This document shows positions 1-9,757 of a stretch of 64,000 nucleotides of DNA, piece after piece (within the stretch, counting starts at the first letter, position 1; the number at the start of each line of letters is the position of its first letter). A program made the translations under genes and the position numbers. The stretch spans positions 1-64,000 of the forward strand of contig CAVYSW010000006.1 in NCBI GenBank assembly GCA_963771275.1, read 5' to 3'. The notes under the pieces were generated by a model, which was given only the letters and a program-made list of their open reading frames with translations, was not told where the DNA came from and did no database searches. The stretch comes from an uncultured Gemmatimonadales bacterium. Its GTDB lineage: Bacteria > Gemmatimonadota > Gemmatimonadetes > Gemmatimonadales > GWC2-71-9.

Positions 1-904
1 CTGGTGCGCGCTCTCGTCGAACGCCGGATCGTCGAACGCCACCGAGAAGGTCCGGAGATCGAACGGCGACGCCTGGGCCGCGAGCGCGCACGTGATCGTC
101 GAATCGAGGCCGCCGCTGAGGTACCCGCCGACGGGCACGTCCGCCCGCAGCCGGAAGCGCACCGACGACTCGAGTAATCCGTCGAGGTCGTCCAGCCGCC
201 CCAGGATCTTCTTCCCGAGACCTCGGGGAACGTCGGCTCCCAGTACCGTCGCACCTCGCAGCGACCATCCCGCACGTGCGCGAGGCAGCCGGGCTCGAGC
301 TGAAGGACGTCGCGGAACACCGTGCGGGGTGGCTTGGCAGCCCAGAAGGTGAAGACCTCGTCCAGCCCGACCGAGGTCGGGCTCGGGCGTCACCTCCCCG
401 CTCGCGAACAGGGCCTTCACCTCGGACGCGAAGAAGAAGTCGCCCGCGCGCTCCGCATAGAACAGCGGTCGCACGCCGAAGCGGTCACGCGCGAGGAACA
501 GGCTATTGGCCGCGACGGTCCAGGATCGCGAACGCGAACTGGCCGTTGAGGCGCGCTGGGCAGTCCGTCGCCCCATTCCTCGTAGCCGTGGACCAGGACT
601 TCGGTGTCGCTCCTCGTGCGAAAGCGGTGGCCCCTGGCTTCGAGCTCCTCGCGCAGCTCGATGTAGTTGTAGACCTCGCCGTTGTAGACGATCAGCGAAC
701 CGGCCGTCCTCGTTGCCGAGCGGCTGCGCCCCTCCCGCAATGTCGATGATGCTCAGACGGGCGTGGGCCAGGCCGGCGCGCGCCCCCACGTACACCCCGT
801 AGCCGTCGGGCCCGCGGTGGCGCATGGCGCCCGCCATCCGCAACAGCGCCTCCGGGCGAGACCCCGACGGGGCGCTTCCGCAGGATGCCGGCGATGCCGC
901 ACAT
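1..904 (-). CDS. asnB: Asparagine synthase (glutamine-hydrolyzing) family amidotransferase, 5' part; frameshifted and running off the window edge
   Basis: N-terminal MCGIAG (Ntn Cys), [25 protein letters not shown], and LSGGLDS near 105-125 are spread over several frames. Confidence 0.88.
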
Positions 905-905
905 G

Positions 906-1886
906 CTACGCGATCTCCGCGACCGGCTCGACGCAGCAGCGAGGTCAGGTGCAGGTACCGGGTGGTCGAGCGCCTCTGCTCGATGTCGCGGTACATGTGC
1001 GCCACCGCTCGGGCGTCATGCCCACTTCCCGGGCGACCACCTCCGGGGGAATGCCGTGGTTGTCGCCGTACAGCACGAGGTCCATGATCTCGACCGGCGC
1101 GCCCCAGTAGAATTCCTCCTGGGTCTGCGGCAGGGAGTAGGTGTCCGTGGTCGGGGGCCGGCGCGTCACGCCTTCCGGCACACCCAGCTCGTGGGCGAGC
1201 TGGTACACCTGCGTCTTGTAGAGGTGAGCGATCGGCTTTACGTCGGCGAGGCCGTCACCGCCCTTCACGAAGAAGCCCTGGTCGTACTCCAGTCGGTTGG
1301 GCGTCCCGATCACGGCGTAGTGCAGCCGGTCCGCGTGGTAGTACTCCAGCATCTTGCGGACCCGCTGCTTGAAGTTGGTGGCCGCCACGATCTCCCGGTA
1401 CGCGACCGGCGGCAGCCGATGGCGCTGCGTCGCACCCCCGGGGGAACGCACCGTGAGGTGAAACACCGTGAGCCCGTCTTTGGCGTGCCGATCAGCATCC
1501 ACGGTGATCTTGCTCGACCATCCCGGCCCGAATTCCGGAACGATGCACTTGATGGCTGTGTCCCGCCGCTCGTACGCGCCGCAGGCCTTCAGTACCCCCG
1601 AGATGTCCTCGACCTGATAGGGGATGCCGAGCTTCTCGGCCCACTCGCGGCCGAGCGCGAGGTCTTCGCCACCGCTTTCCGCTTCCGGCAGCAGCAGGCC
1701 GAATACACGCTCGGGTCCCAAGGCCTTCACCGCGAGCCCCGCGCACACGGAGCTGTCCACGCCGCCGCTCATCGCGACGACTGCTCCACGACGGTGCAGC
1801 TGCTCGAACACCAACGCCCGGAGCTTCGACGCCAAGTCCGGCAGCGTGGCACCGGCACCGAGAACCAGCTTGTCCTTGATCGCCAT
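906..1886 (-). CDS. nadE: NH3-dependent NAD(+) synthetase-like protein (C-terminal frameshift)
   Basis: AMSGGVDSS PP-loop, NFKQRVRK, GTPNRLEYDQGFFVKGGDG, PIAHLYKTQV, PPTTD. ATG at 1886; probable TAG at 906-908 after an indel. Confidence 0.85.
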
Positions 1887-1925
1887 GTAAGAAGCGCCAC
1901 CCCTTCGAGTCAGTGATCCCACAGG

Positions 1926-1940
1926 GCAAGCTTGGCGCCA
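1926..1940 (-). promoter_or_regulatory. sigma54-type -24/-12 promoter upstream of the nadE-like gene
   Basis: Minus strand reads TGGCGC-CAAGC-TTGC (GG-N10-GC). Confidence 0.6.
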
Positions 1941-1966
1941 ACCTGCTCACCCGAGAAGGTGTCTCA

Positions 1967-1991
1967 TAACGACTTGTCGATAAATCACTTA
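1967..1991. promoter_or_regulatory. 25-bp palindromic IHF-like motif
   Basis: TAA CGAC TTG TCGAT AAA TCAC TTA; recurs at 11619, 36030 and 46705. Confidence 0.55.
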
Positions 1992-2046
1992 GCAACGCAA
2001 AGCACAACTGCGTTGCATGCTCGCCACAGGAGGGACCTCTGGCTGA

Positions 2047-3114
2047 TTACCTCACGGCACGATCTGCACGTCCAAGCCGCCACGCGGCTTCAGGCGCCAC
2101 GTCCCCAGCCCGTCCGGGACGAGGACGCCTGTGGCATTCATCACGACTCCCGGGACATAGGTCGTGCGCGGCAGTGGCGCGAACGCGCGTGCGGTCGAAC
2201 ACGACGATGAGCGGCCCCGATCCATCGTCCATGGTTGCGACGTAGTTCGAGTCCCCCTGTACGGCCACGGTCACCGTGTCGCTGATCGTCGCGGCCACGA
2301 CCCGCACCAACGCCGCGTCCAACCGCCCCCCGTCCGCCGTCGCCGCGACCGCCGTGGTCACCGTCTCGGCGGGCCGGCCGGGCCCCGTCACCAGGACGAT
2401 CGCCTGCGCCCCGTCCAGTACCGGCTGGCCGTCACGCGCCGCCAGCTTGCCGAGGAACCGCACGCTGTCACCCAGGGCCACCAGCGGCCCCCGGACATTC
2501 GTGATGCGCAGGGCGCCCGTCGTGTCCACGATGCTCACCGTCGTGTCGCCGAACGTCGGGAGCGAGTTGAGCGCCACGCCTTCGATGAACACCTTGGTGC
2601 CGAGCGGCAGCTGCCGCGCTTCGGCGATGGTCACCGCCGGGAAGCTCACCGCGACCTGGACCTGCACCGTGTCGTCGGGATTGAGTGAGATGTCGGCGGT
2701 GTCGATCCGCACGATCGAAATCGTGTCGCCGAATACCGCCTCGCCGGGGACGACGACGGTGTACCGGCCCACCGGGACGCTGCCGAGCACGAAGGTGCCG
2801 TTGGCATCGGAGTTGGCCCGCGCCACCGTGTCGCGCGTTCCCGCCACCACCAGACGCACGCGCACGTTCGCCAAACCGTTGTCCGGGCCCCCGGCCTGCC
2901 GGTTCCCGTCGGCGTCGAGGTACACCACGCCCCCGACCAACCCCGTGCCCGGGATCGACAGCACGCGGCTCTCCCCGGCGTTGGGGCAGGCCATGGTCGC
3001 GACCGCACCACCGGCTACCGCTACCAGAGCCATGGAGTAGCGCAAGGCCAGCCGCAGTCGCCGCCTGAACTCCACTCGAGCATTCCGCGGTTCTGCTGTT
3101 CTGTCTCTATTCAT
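2047..3114 (-). CDS. Probable lipoprotein with carboxypeptidase-regulatory/SdrD-B-like domain and OB-fold-like repeats
   Basis: Hydrophobic stretch ending ATMAC; VYLDADGN...GLANVRVRL...SDANGTF; TIAEARQ repeat starts. A C-terminal indel is likely (WRLKPR..D..IVP* ending near 2052). Confidence 0.65.
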   Translation of the reverse strand: MNRDRTAEPRNARVEFRRRLRLALRYSMALVAVAGGAVATMACPNAGESRVLSIPGTGLVGGVVYLDADGNRQAGGPDNGLANVRVRLVVAGTRDTVARANSDANGTFVLGSVPVGRYTVVVPGEAVFGDTISIVRIDTADISLNPDDTVQVQVAVSFPAVTIAEARQLPLGTKVFIEGVALNSLPTFGDTTVSIVDTTGALRITNVRGPLVALGDSVRFLGKLAARDGQPVLDGAQAIVLVTGPGRPAETVTTAVAATADGGRLDAALVRVVAATISDTVTVAVQGDSNYVATMDDGSGPLIVVFDRTRVRATAAHDLCPGSRDECHRRPRPGRAGDVAPEAAWRLGRADRAVR

Positions 3115-6100
3115 AGTTCACCCGAATGCCGAACCGCAGCGCGCGGCCCGATCCGTAGCGCCTGATCGCCTTGCCGAAGTTGGGATTCGCCACCAGCGGG
3201 ACGGTCACCACGCCGGTCGCCGGATCCGTCGTCAGGCTGCCCGCCGGATCCACGAGATACAGCGCGCGGTCCACAGCCGCGTACTCCGCGTCGAGCAGGT
3301 TGAGCCCATCCACCACGAGCGCGACCGGCGCCCCCAGCCGGAACGGTCCCAGCACGACCCGGAGATCGAGTCGCGAGATTCCCGGCCCGCGGCACGAGTT
3401 GCGCTCCGCGAACCGCCCGATCTGTCCCTGCAGACACGGCCACGCGCCGATCACGTCGCCGATGCCGGCGATCTGGTCGTCCACGTACGCCGGATCGTTG
3501 CCCCACGAGCCGTCGCCGTTCGCGTCCACGCCGTCGCGGAATCCCGGTGTGAACGGATGGCCCGACCGGAACCCGTAGAACGCGGCAAGCCGGAAGCTCC
3601 GCAGATTGATCTCGGTCCCGAACACCACCCGCGTAGGGGCGTCGAAGTCGGAACGCCCGTCCGCCCAGTCCAGACCGCTGAGACTGTCCGGGAACGGAGT
3701 GACCTGAGCATCGGGACCACCGGCGGCGCCGACCCAGTTGTCCTGCGTCTTGGAGTAGGTGTAACCGGTGCTGAACGTGACGAACCGCCCCACCCGCTTC
3801 TCGATCCGCGCGCTGATGCCGTAGTAGTCGGAGTAGCCGTCCTGATCGAGCGCCGTGACCACGTCGAACGTGTCGAACCGTCGGTTGGAGCCCGGCTGAA
3901 CGAACAGCGCCGACCCCGACTGCACGAGCGTGCCGTACACCGGCCGGCCGTACTGGTCGTGGCCGGTCGGAGCCTGGATCAGGTTCAGGTCGTGCCGGCG
4001 AATCAGGTAGTCCGTGTGACGGTACGAGGCGGCGAGGTGCAGCGCCGCGCCTCCGCCGAGCGATCCCGAGACGCCGAGCAGGGCGCGGCCGGTGCGCGGC
4101 GCACTGAAGCTCGGGTTGAGCAGCGCGAGCGAGGGCCCGGTGACGGCCGCGACGGCCGAGTCGGGCGTCGCCGGCCAGCGGCCCAACGCGCCGGCGCCGC
4201 GCCGTCCGTCGACGCCGTTGGCGGTCGCGACGGCTTCGGCGAACGCGTCCTCCGGCGCGACGCCATGATACCAGCCGCCCTCGGCGCGCACGATCCAGCG
4301 ATGCTGGTTCGCGACGTCCCACACGAGGCCGATGCGTGGACTCAGCTTGGTGTGCGTGGCACCGATGCTGTCGTTCCGCATGGCCGTCTGCGCCTGCCAC
4401 GCTGAATTGAGCAGGATCTTGCTTGCCGGCACCCGCTCCCGGTCGAATCGCAGACCGACGACGAAGTCGAACCCGGGTGCGCCGCGCCAGCGATCCTGAA
4501 TGAACGCGCCGAATTGGTAGGTCGAGTAGCGGGCCACCGGAATGCGGCCGACCACTTGCTGAAACCCGCCTTCCCGCACGCCCAGCAGGCTGTCCGAGCC
4601 GATCGCGAATTCACCGCCCCGATCGTAGGCGTAGGTGTCGTTGATGCTGCTGAAGCTGCCGCCGCCGCCGAGCTTCAGGCGATGGCGGCCGGCCGTGATG
4701 TGAATGGTCTCGCCGAGACGCACGCCCGTGCGGGAGAACTGCCCGGGGAGAGCGGGATCCGTCCCGAACGCCGCGGGACCTCCGGGCAAGAACGTCAGGG
4801 CGGTATCGTTCCCGGCATACTCCCGGCGGCTGTTCTCGAAGCCGGCGCGGAATTCCAGGGCGAACTTCCGCGACAGCACGGAAGTGAGGGTGGCGCCGGC
4901 AGCGATGTCATGGGTCTTCGCGGTCGCGCCAAGCGTCGCAACGCGGCCCAGGCCGACGGGCGCGTTGGTCGCATCGAGCAACGCGCCGTTCCCGAACACG
5001 CTCAGCCGGCTCCGCCCCGACGCCTGCCAGTCGAACCGGGCGAAGCCGGTGAGCGCCTTGATGTCCGCCAGCCGCGGGGCGAGCTGGGGACCCAGGTCCA
5101 GCCCGAACGAGTCCGCCGCGATCGCGAGGAGCGCGCTGTCCGACGGCGTGGCTTCCCAGGTCGGCGGCAGCGGGGTCTGGAGTCGCTGGCCCTCGAAGCC
5201 GAGCACGAAGTGGGCGGTGTCGCGGATCACGGGGCCGCTCACCAGCAGCCCGCCGCGGAACGAGTTCCCACTCAGGTCCTGGGGCCTGAAGAACTTCGAG
5301 CTCGTGACCGGCGTGCCGCTCCAATCGCCGAACAGGCGGGATTGCAGTGTCGACGTACCGCGCACACCCGCAGCGCTCAGCCGGCCGGATGCGAAGTCCG
5401 ACCACTCGACGTCCACGCCGCCGGGATCGAGCACGGCACCGCTCACGCTCATCAGCGGGAATGCCGAGGTGCCGGGATCGAACGCGCCGAACACCGGGTG
5501 GCGGGCGCTCCGGAAGCCGATCCCGTCCATCGTGAGGCCGGCCAGGCCGGGCGGGAGGCCCTCGATCACGCCGTCGTCGTCCCCGATGGTCGTGAAACGG
5601 CTCAGCGACCCGATGTCACGCCGGTCGTCGGGCAGGCGCCGCATCTCGAAGGTCCCGAACGTCCAACCCGGTCCGGCCGCGGACGCGGTGAGGGCGTTCG
5701 GCGTGTACCGCTCGATCGTGCGCTCCATGACCGGTGGCTCGGCGGCTTCCAGTCGCACATCGAGACTGATCTCGTCGCCGGCGGAAACGCGGACGCCCCG
5801 AACCTCGACCGGGCGGTACCCGAGCTCCTCGGCGAGGAGGTCGTATTCGCCGGGCGGGAGGAACGTGAACGAATACCGGCCGTCGTTCTCGGTCGTCATC
5901 GACCACGTGAAGCCGGAGGTCCGGTCCGTGAGCGCGACCCGGACGCTCGCCATGGGTTGCGAGGTGGTATCCTTCACCGTCCCGACAACCGCTCCGGCGG
6001 AGATGCTCTGGGCGGACAGCGCGCCCGCGCACCAGCCGGCCAGCAGGATCGTCGTGAGGGCAGTGGGAAGAGTGCGCAGAAGGCGCTCCAAGTGCTGAGG

Positions 6101-6136
6101 GCGGTCCAAGTCCGGTAGGCCGGACGGCGACGCCAT
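3107..6136 (-). CDS. Oar-type TonB-dependent receptor with N-terminal carboxypeptidase-regulatory domain
   Basis: Signal peptide ending ALSA-Q; GTVKD...TTENDGRYSFTFLPPGEY; alternating beta strands; C-terminal RALRFGIRVNYE. Start is uncertain. Confidence 0.85.
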   Translation of the reverse strand: MASPSGLPDLDRPQHLERLLRTLPTALTTILLAGWCAGALSAQSISAGAVVGTVKDTTSQPMASVRVALTDRTSGFTWSMTTENDGRYSFTFLPPGEYDLLAEELGYRPVEVRGVRVSAGDEISLDVRLEAAEPPVMERTIERYTPNALTASAAGPGWTFGTFEMRRLPDDRRDIGSLSRFTTIGDDDGVIEGLPPGLAGLTMDGIGFRSARHPVFGAFDPGTSAFPLMSVSGAVLDPGGVDVEWSDFASGRLSAAGVRGTSTLQSRLFGDWSGTPVTSSKFFRPQDLSGNSFRGGLLVSGPVIRDTAHFVLGFEGQRLQTPLPPTWEATPSDSALLAIAADSFGLDLGPQLAPRLADIKALTGFARFDWQASGRSRLSVFGNGALLDATNAPVGLGRVATLGATAKTHDIAAGATLTSVLSRKFALEFRAGFENSRREYAGNDTALTFLPGGPAAFGTDPALPGQFSRTGVRLGETIHITAGRHRLKLGGGGSFSSINDTYAYDRGGEFAIGSDSLLGVREGGFQQVVGRIPVARYSTYQFGAFIQDRWRGAPGFDFVVGLRFDRERVPASKILLNSAWQAQTAMRNDSIGATHTKLSPRIGLVWDVANQHRWIVRAEGGWYHGVAPEDAFAEAVATANGVDGRRGAGALGRWPATPDSAVAAVTGPSLALLNPSFSAPRTGRALLGVSGSLGGGAALHLAASYRHTDYLIRRHDLNLIQAPTGHDQYGRPVYGTLVQSGSALFVQPGSNRRFDTFDVVTALDQDGYSDYYGISARIEKRVGRFVTFSTGYTYSKTQDNWVGAAGGPDAQVTPFPDSLSGLDWADGRSDFDAPTRVVFGTEINLRSFRLAAFYGFRSGHPFTPGFRDGVDANGDGSWGNDPAYVDDQIAGIGDVIGAWPCLQGQIGRFAERNSCRGPGISRLDLRVVLGPFRLGAPVALVVDGLNLLDAEYAAVDRALYLVDPAGSLTTDPATGVVTVPLVANPNFGKAIRRYGSGRALRFGIRVNYE

Positions 6137-6318
6137 GGTTACGCAAGGGCGACGCCACAGACAGGGCATCGGTGACGCCCGAGAGTGAGCGACCTTAACG
6201 TATTGCGGGAAAAGGGGATGCGCAAATGACGCGACGGTGGCGGCTGGGCACGGAGGGGCGTAGGCCGTGGCCGTGTATCGCGCACGCCACACCCCGCCGT
6301 GACCGGGGTGACCGCGCC

Positions 6319-7389
6319 GTGCGACTGACCAGGGCTGCGGGTGCCACCCTTGGCGCCGCGACGACGGCAATACTCATCGCGACACTGCGACCGGACTTCT
6401 CTCGCGAGGCCCAGAGCTGGACCAACTGCATCCTCTGCGGCGAGCGGGGGACGGCGGACGCCCTCGTCAACCTGATCCTGTTCGCCCCCTTGGCGTAGGG
6501 CTCCGGCTCGCCGGGCTCCCGCTCCGCGCGGGCGATCCTGGTCGGCGCGCTGCTGTCGGCGCTGGTGGAGCTGGCCCAGACCGTGATTCCGGGACGGGAC
6601 CCGAGCCTCGGTGACGTGCTGTTCAACACGCTAGGGACGGGCGTCGGCTTCGGACTGGCCGCCTGTGCCCCGCGGCTCGCTCGGCTCCCCGATGCCACGG
6701 CGGCCCGCCTCTCCCTCGCCTTCGCGATGCTGTTCGCCCTGGTCGTCGCCGCGACAGGGATCCTGCTGCAGCCCAGCTTCCCGCACACCACGTACTTCGG
6801 GCAGTGGACGCCGAACCTGGGGCACCTCGAGTGGTATCGGGGCAGCGTGGCGATCGCAACGGTGGGCGACGTCGTCGTGCGCTCGCGCCGAATCGAAGAC
6901 TCTGAACGCGTCCGCGAGCTGCTCCTCAGCAGGGGCTCCCCTTGCCGTCGAGGCCGCGGCGGGCCCCCCGGTGCCGCGGTTGGCATCGCTCTTCAGTATC
7001 TACGACGAGAACCAGGTGGAGATCGTCCTGGTGGGTCCGGACCGCGACGACCTCGTCTACCGCTACCGGACGCGCGCCTCCGCGTGGCGGCTCGACCAAC
7101 CGGACTTGCGGCTCGCGGGGGCGATGCGGGTTCGTCCGCACGTGGTGATCTGTGCTCACGTGGGTCCCGAGCGTTCGGCGACCGCTGCCTCGAAGTCAAC
7201 GCGCGACGCCGTGCGGCCTCGGGTTCACGGCGGGCCTCGGCTGGGCCTGCTGCACTACGCCGAGTCGTTTCCACCATGGCTCGAAGCGGTCTCAGCTTCC
7301 TCTGGGTGGCGATCCTGGTGGCGCCCGGTCGGATTCTGGCTTCGCCGACGCTGGGAATCGGGCGTCGCCTGGTCTTTGGGCTGACTTGA
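6319..7389 (+). CDS. VanZ family membrane protein (several frameshifts)
   Basis: DALVNLILFAP and ELAQTVIPGRDPSLGDVLFNTLG are VanZ signature segments; the C-terminal part is split across frames. Confidence 0.7.
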
Positions 7390-7439
7390 GCCTCGTGGCG
7401 CCGCGGTGGGGTGCAGTCACCGGGTCCGGTGCTGGTCGG

Positions 7440-8632
7440 CGGGGCCTTGCTGGTCATGGCTTGCGGCGGCCTGGCTCGGTAGGAGGATTCGTTTGGCACC
7501 ACGATGAGCCGCTCGGTTGTCAGGTACTTGTGCAGCAGGTGCGCGACCAGTTGGTGCGCCCTCGGCGTCCAGTGATAGTCATCCGCGCTCCGGAACACGG
7601 GGCTGCCGCCCGCAGTTGTCCTGAGCAGCGGTAGCGGATCCACCACCCGGATGGCCTCCGCCCGGCAGTACTCGCTGGACGACGTCGTTGTAGACGTCCT
7701 GCGCGGGACGGAAGCTGCCGTCGGCTTCCTGGGGATTAACGAGCAGCACGATCATCGTCACGCCCGCGGACCGGGCGACGGCATCCATCCGCCCAATCTC
7801 GTGCAATACGGGCGCGAACACCCGCCGCACGGTATCGACGGCGATGCCGCCATCCGCGGGCCGGGAGACCTGCTCTCTCGGGTGCGAGAGGAAGAGACCG
7901 TCGACGCGCTGCGCCACGTCCAGGAGATGCGCTCCGAGCTCGAAATGCTGGTTGAGCCAGATGTCGAGGCGATGGAGCCACGGCCACTTCCCGATCCGCG
8001 AGTAGATACAGCCCCCTGGGGCCGGCGGTGACGTGGGGAAGCACGGACGATCGCACGAGCTGGCCGCCGTAGTAGACGTACGGGTCCGCAACCCTCCAGT
8101 ACGTTTCACCGTTCATCGCGAACAGGAGGACCTGGGGGCGGAGCTGCGGCAAGAGCTCTTCCGCGGTTTGGCGCATCTGACTCGCGCTGTACCCGGGCAC
8201 GCCCGCATTGACGACGCGGGCGCGCAGGCCGTCCTCACTGTCGGAGCATGGCCTCGAGCTGCTCGGGCCACGCATCTGGTCGAGTCGACGCCAAGCCCCA
8301 GCGTGAACGAGTCGCCGACCGCGAGCATTCGCACGTCGGACCTCATGGCCTCGCCAAACGAACCGTCACGGAAGCCGCGGCCATTGACGTCGATGCGGGC
8401 GCGATGCCCGCCGGCCTTGTAGTAGCCGACCGCGCCCGGGAGCAATGCGTAGCCTCGCTCCAAGTGCGTGGTCATGATGGGCGTCTCCTGCGGTCGCGGG
8501 TACAGCGCGGGAGGGCGCAGCGCCAGCCGGACGAGGATCTCGGCGCACCCGACCGTCCCAGCTATCAGCAGCGCCCAGAAGAGCGCGAGCCTCGTCGCGC
8601 TAGTGCGCCCGACTATGACGGCCGCTTCTCAC
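7440..8632 (-). CDS. SGNH/GDSL hydrolase family protein with N-terminal TM anchor (frameshifted; ends approximate)
   Basis: LAVGDSFTLG (block I), VVNAGVPGYS (block II) and DDYHWTPRAH (block V) lie in successive frames. Confidence 0.75.
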
Positions 8633-8672
8633 CCGTGGGGCGGGCTGGCTCGGAATCTGCGATCGAGTGACC

Positions 8673-9185
8673 TCAGCGGTGCGCCCGCTTCCGCTCCGAG
8701 ACCGTCTCGGCGATCAGGCGGTGTCCAACCGGATTGGGATGCCCATCCGAGTCTTCGAAGGCGGAAGCGCACCGGAGGCCGATTGTGCTGGTCAGGAGAT
8801 TCAGGCGATCGATGCCGCGACGCAGGCCATCCACTTGACGATCTCGCGGACGAATCCGCGCTTCGTTCAGCACGACGCTGCGGACCACCGTGCGCTTCAT
8901 CCCAAGCCCGTCAGCGTAGGCGCAAACACGCTTTGTCGGGTGGGCCGCCGCCAATACTGCGGAGTTCCGTCGGCACAGCCTGACTTACGCGCCGCCCCCT
9001 CCCTTGGCCGGCTCCGTGGCGGACGTCAACTCCCGAACTTCACCAACATGCCCAAGGCATCGGTCAATGCGATCGTAACTTGCGCGAAAGACAACTTCCA
9101 CCTGCCCTTCGGGGTCGCGGATCTCTCGCGTCGCGATTCGGCAGGGGTCGAGTGGCCAGGACCAGAGCATTCGCCCCCGCCACAT
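8673..9185 (-). pseudogene. Degraded or mis-sequenced SGNH hydrolase remnant
   Basis: Only the C-terminal DGHPNPVGHRLIAE (block V) is recognisable; the rest is garbled. Confidence 0.4.
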
Positions 9186-9195
9186 TCTCGGTCGC

Positions 9196-9348
9196 CTAGA
9201 AGATCGTGTAGATGAACGGCGCCAGCGCCGACCCCTGCGCGAACACCAGCAGCGCGCCGACCAGCACCATCACCACCACGATCGGCAGCAGCCACCACTT
9301 CTTCCGCACCTTGAGGAACTGCCAGAACTCCGAGACGAGGCTGGCCAT
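9196..9348 (-). CDS. DUF5989/SxtK-like small membrane protein (50 aa; absent from the ORF track)
   Basis: MASLVSEFWQFLKVRKKWWLLPIVVVMVLVGALLVFAQGSALAPFIYTIF*, with GGAG RBS upstream. Confidence 0.9.
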   Translation of the reverse strand: MASLVSEFWQFLKVRKKWWLLPIVVVMVLVGALLVFAQGSALAPFIYTIF

Positions 9349-9358
9349 TGCGATCTCC

Positions 9359-9757
9359 CTAGAACTGGTTGGTCATGGTACCCCGCACCTGGCTGCGGGG
9401 CGCCCAATAGCTGTTACCCTCAGGTTTGTGACGGACGGGGTTCCGGCCGAAAAGCCGCATCAGCAGCCCGATCGGGGTGATGATCACAAAGAACACGATC
9501 CCCATGAAGACCGGCGTCGTCACGCGTGAGATCGCGCGGGCCAACCCCATCCAGCCGCGTTGGACCGGCCCCAGCCGCCCAGGGACCAGCACGCCGGCCA
9601 GCACGAGGGCCGCCCCGGCGCTCCCAAGGACGTAGGGGGCAATCTCGTGTCCACGCCACCACGAGATGGCGGTGAGGACCAGGAAGGCGATGCCGACCGT
9701 AAAGCCGAACTTGCGGCCTTCCTTCGCGCTCAGTCGAGCTGGAATTCGCTCTTCCAA
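9359..9757 (-). CDS. SxtJ family membrane protein
   Basis: RKFG..VG..., WMGLA..I..V.TP..MGIVFF..ITPIGLLMRLFGRNP, SYW, MTNQF*. TTG start overlaps the upstream gene. Confidence 0.85.
   Translation of the reverse strand: MEERIPARLSAKEGRKFGFTVGIAFLVLTAISWWRGHEIAPYVLGSAGAALVLAGVLVPGRLGPVQRGWMGLARAISRVTTPVFMGIVFFVIITPIGLLMRLFGRNPVRHKPEGNSYWAPRSQVRGTMTNQF

Noticed and set aside
6490..6500. Amber read-through in the VanZ gene
   Set aside because: Adding one C to the preceding C-run gives APLGVGL and removes the TAG, so an indel is the simpler explanation.
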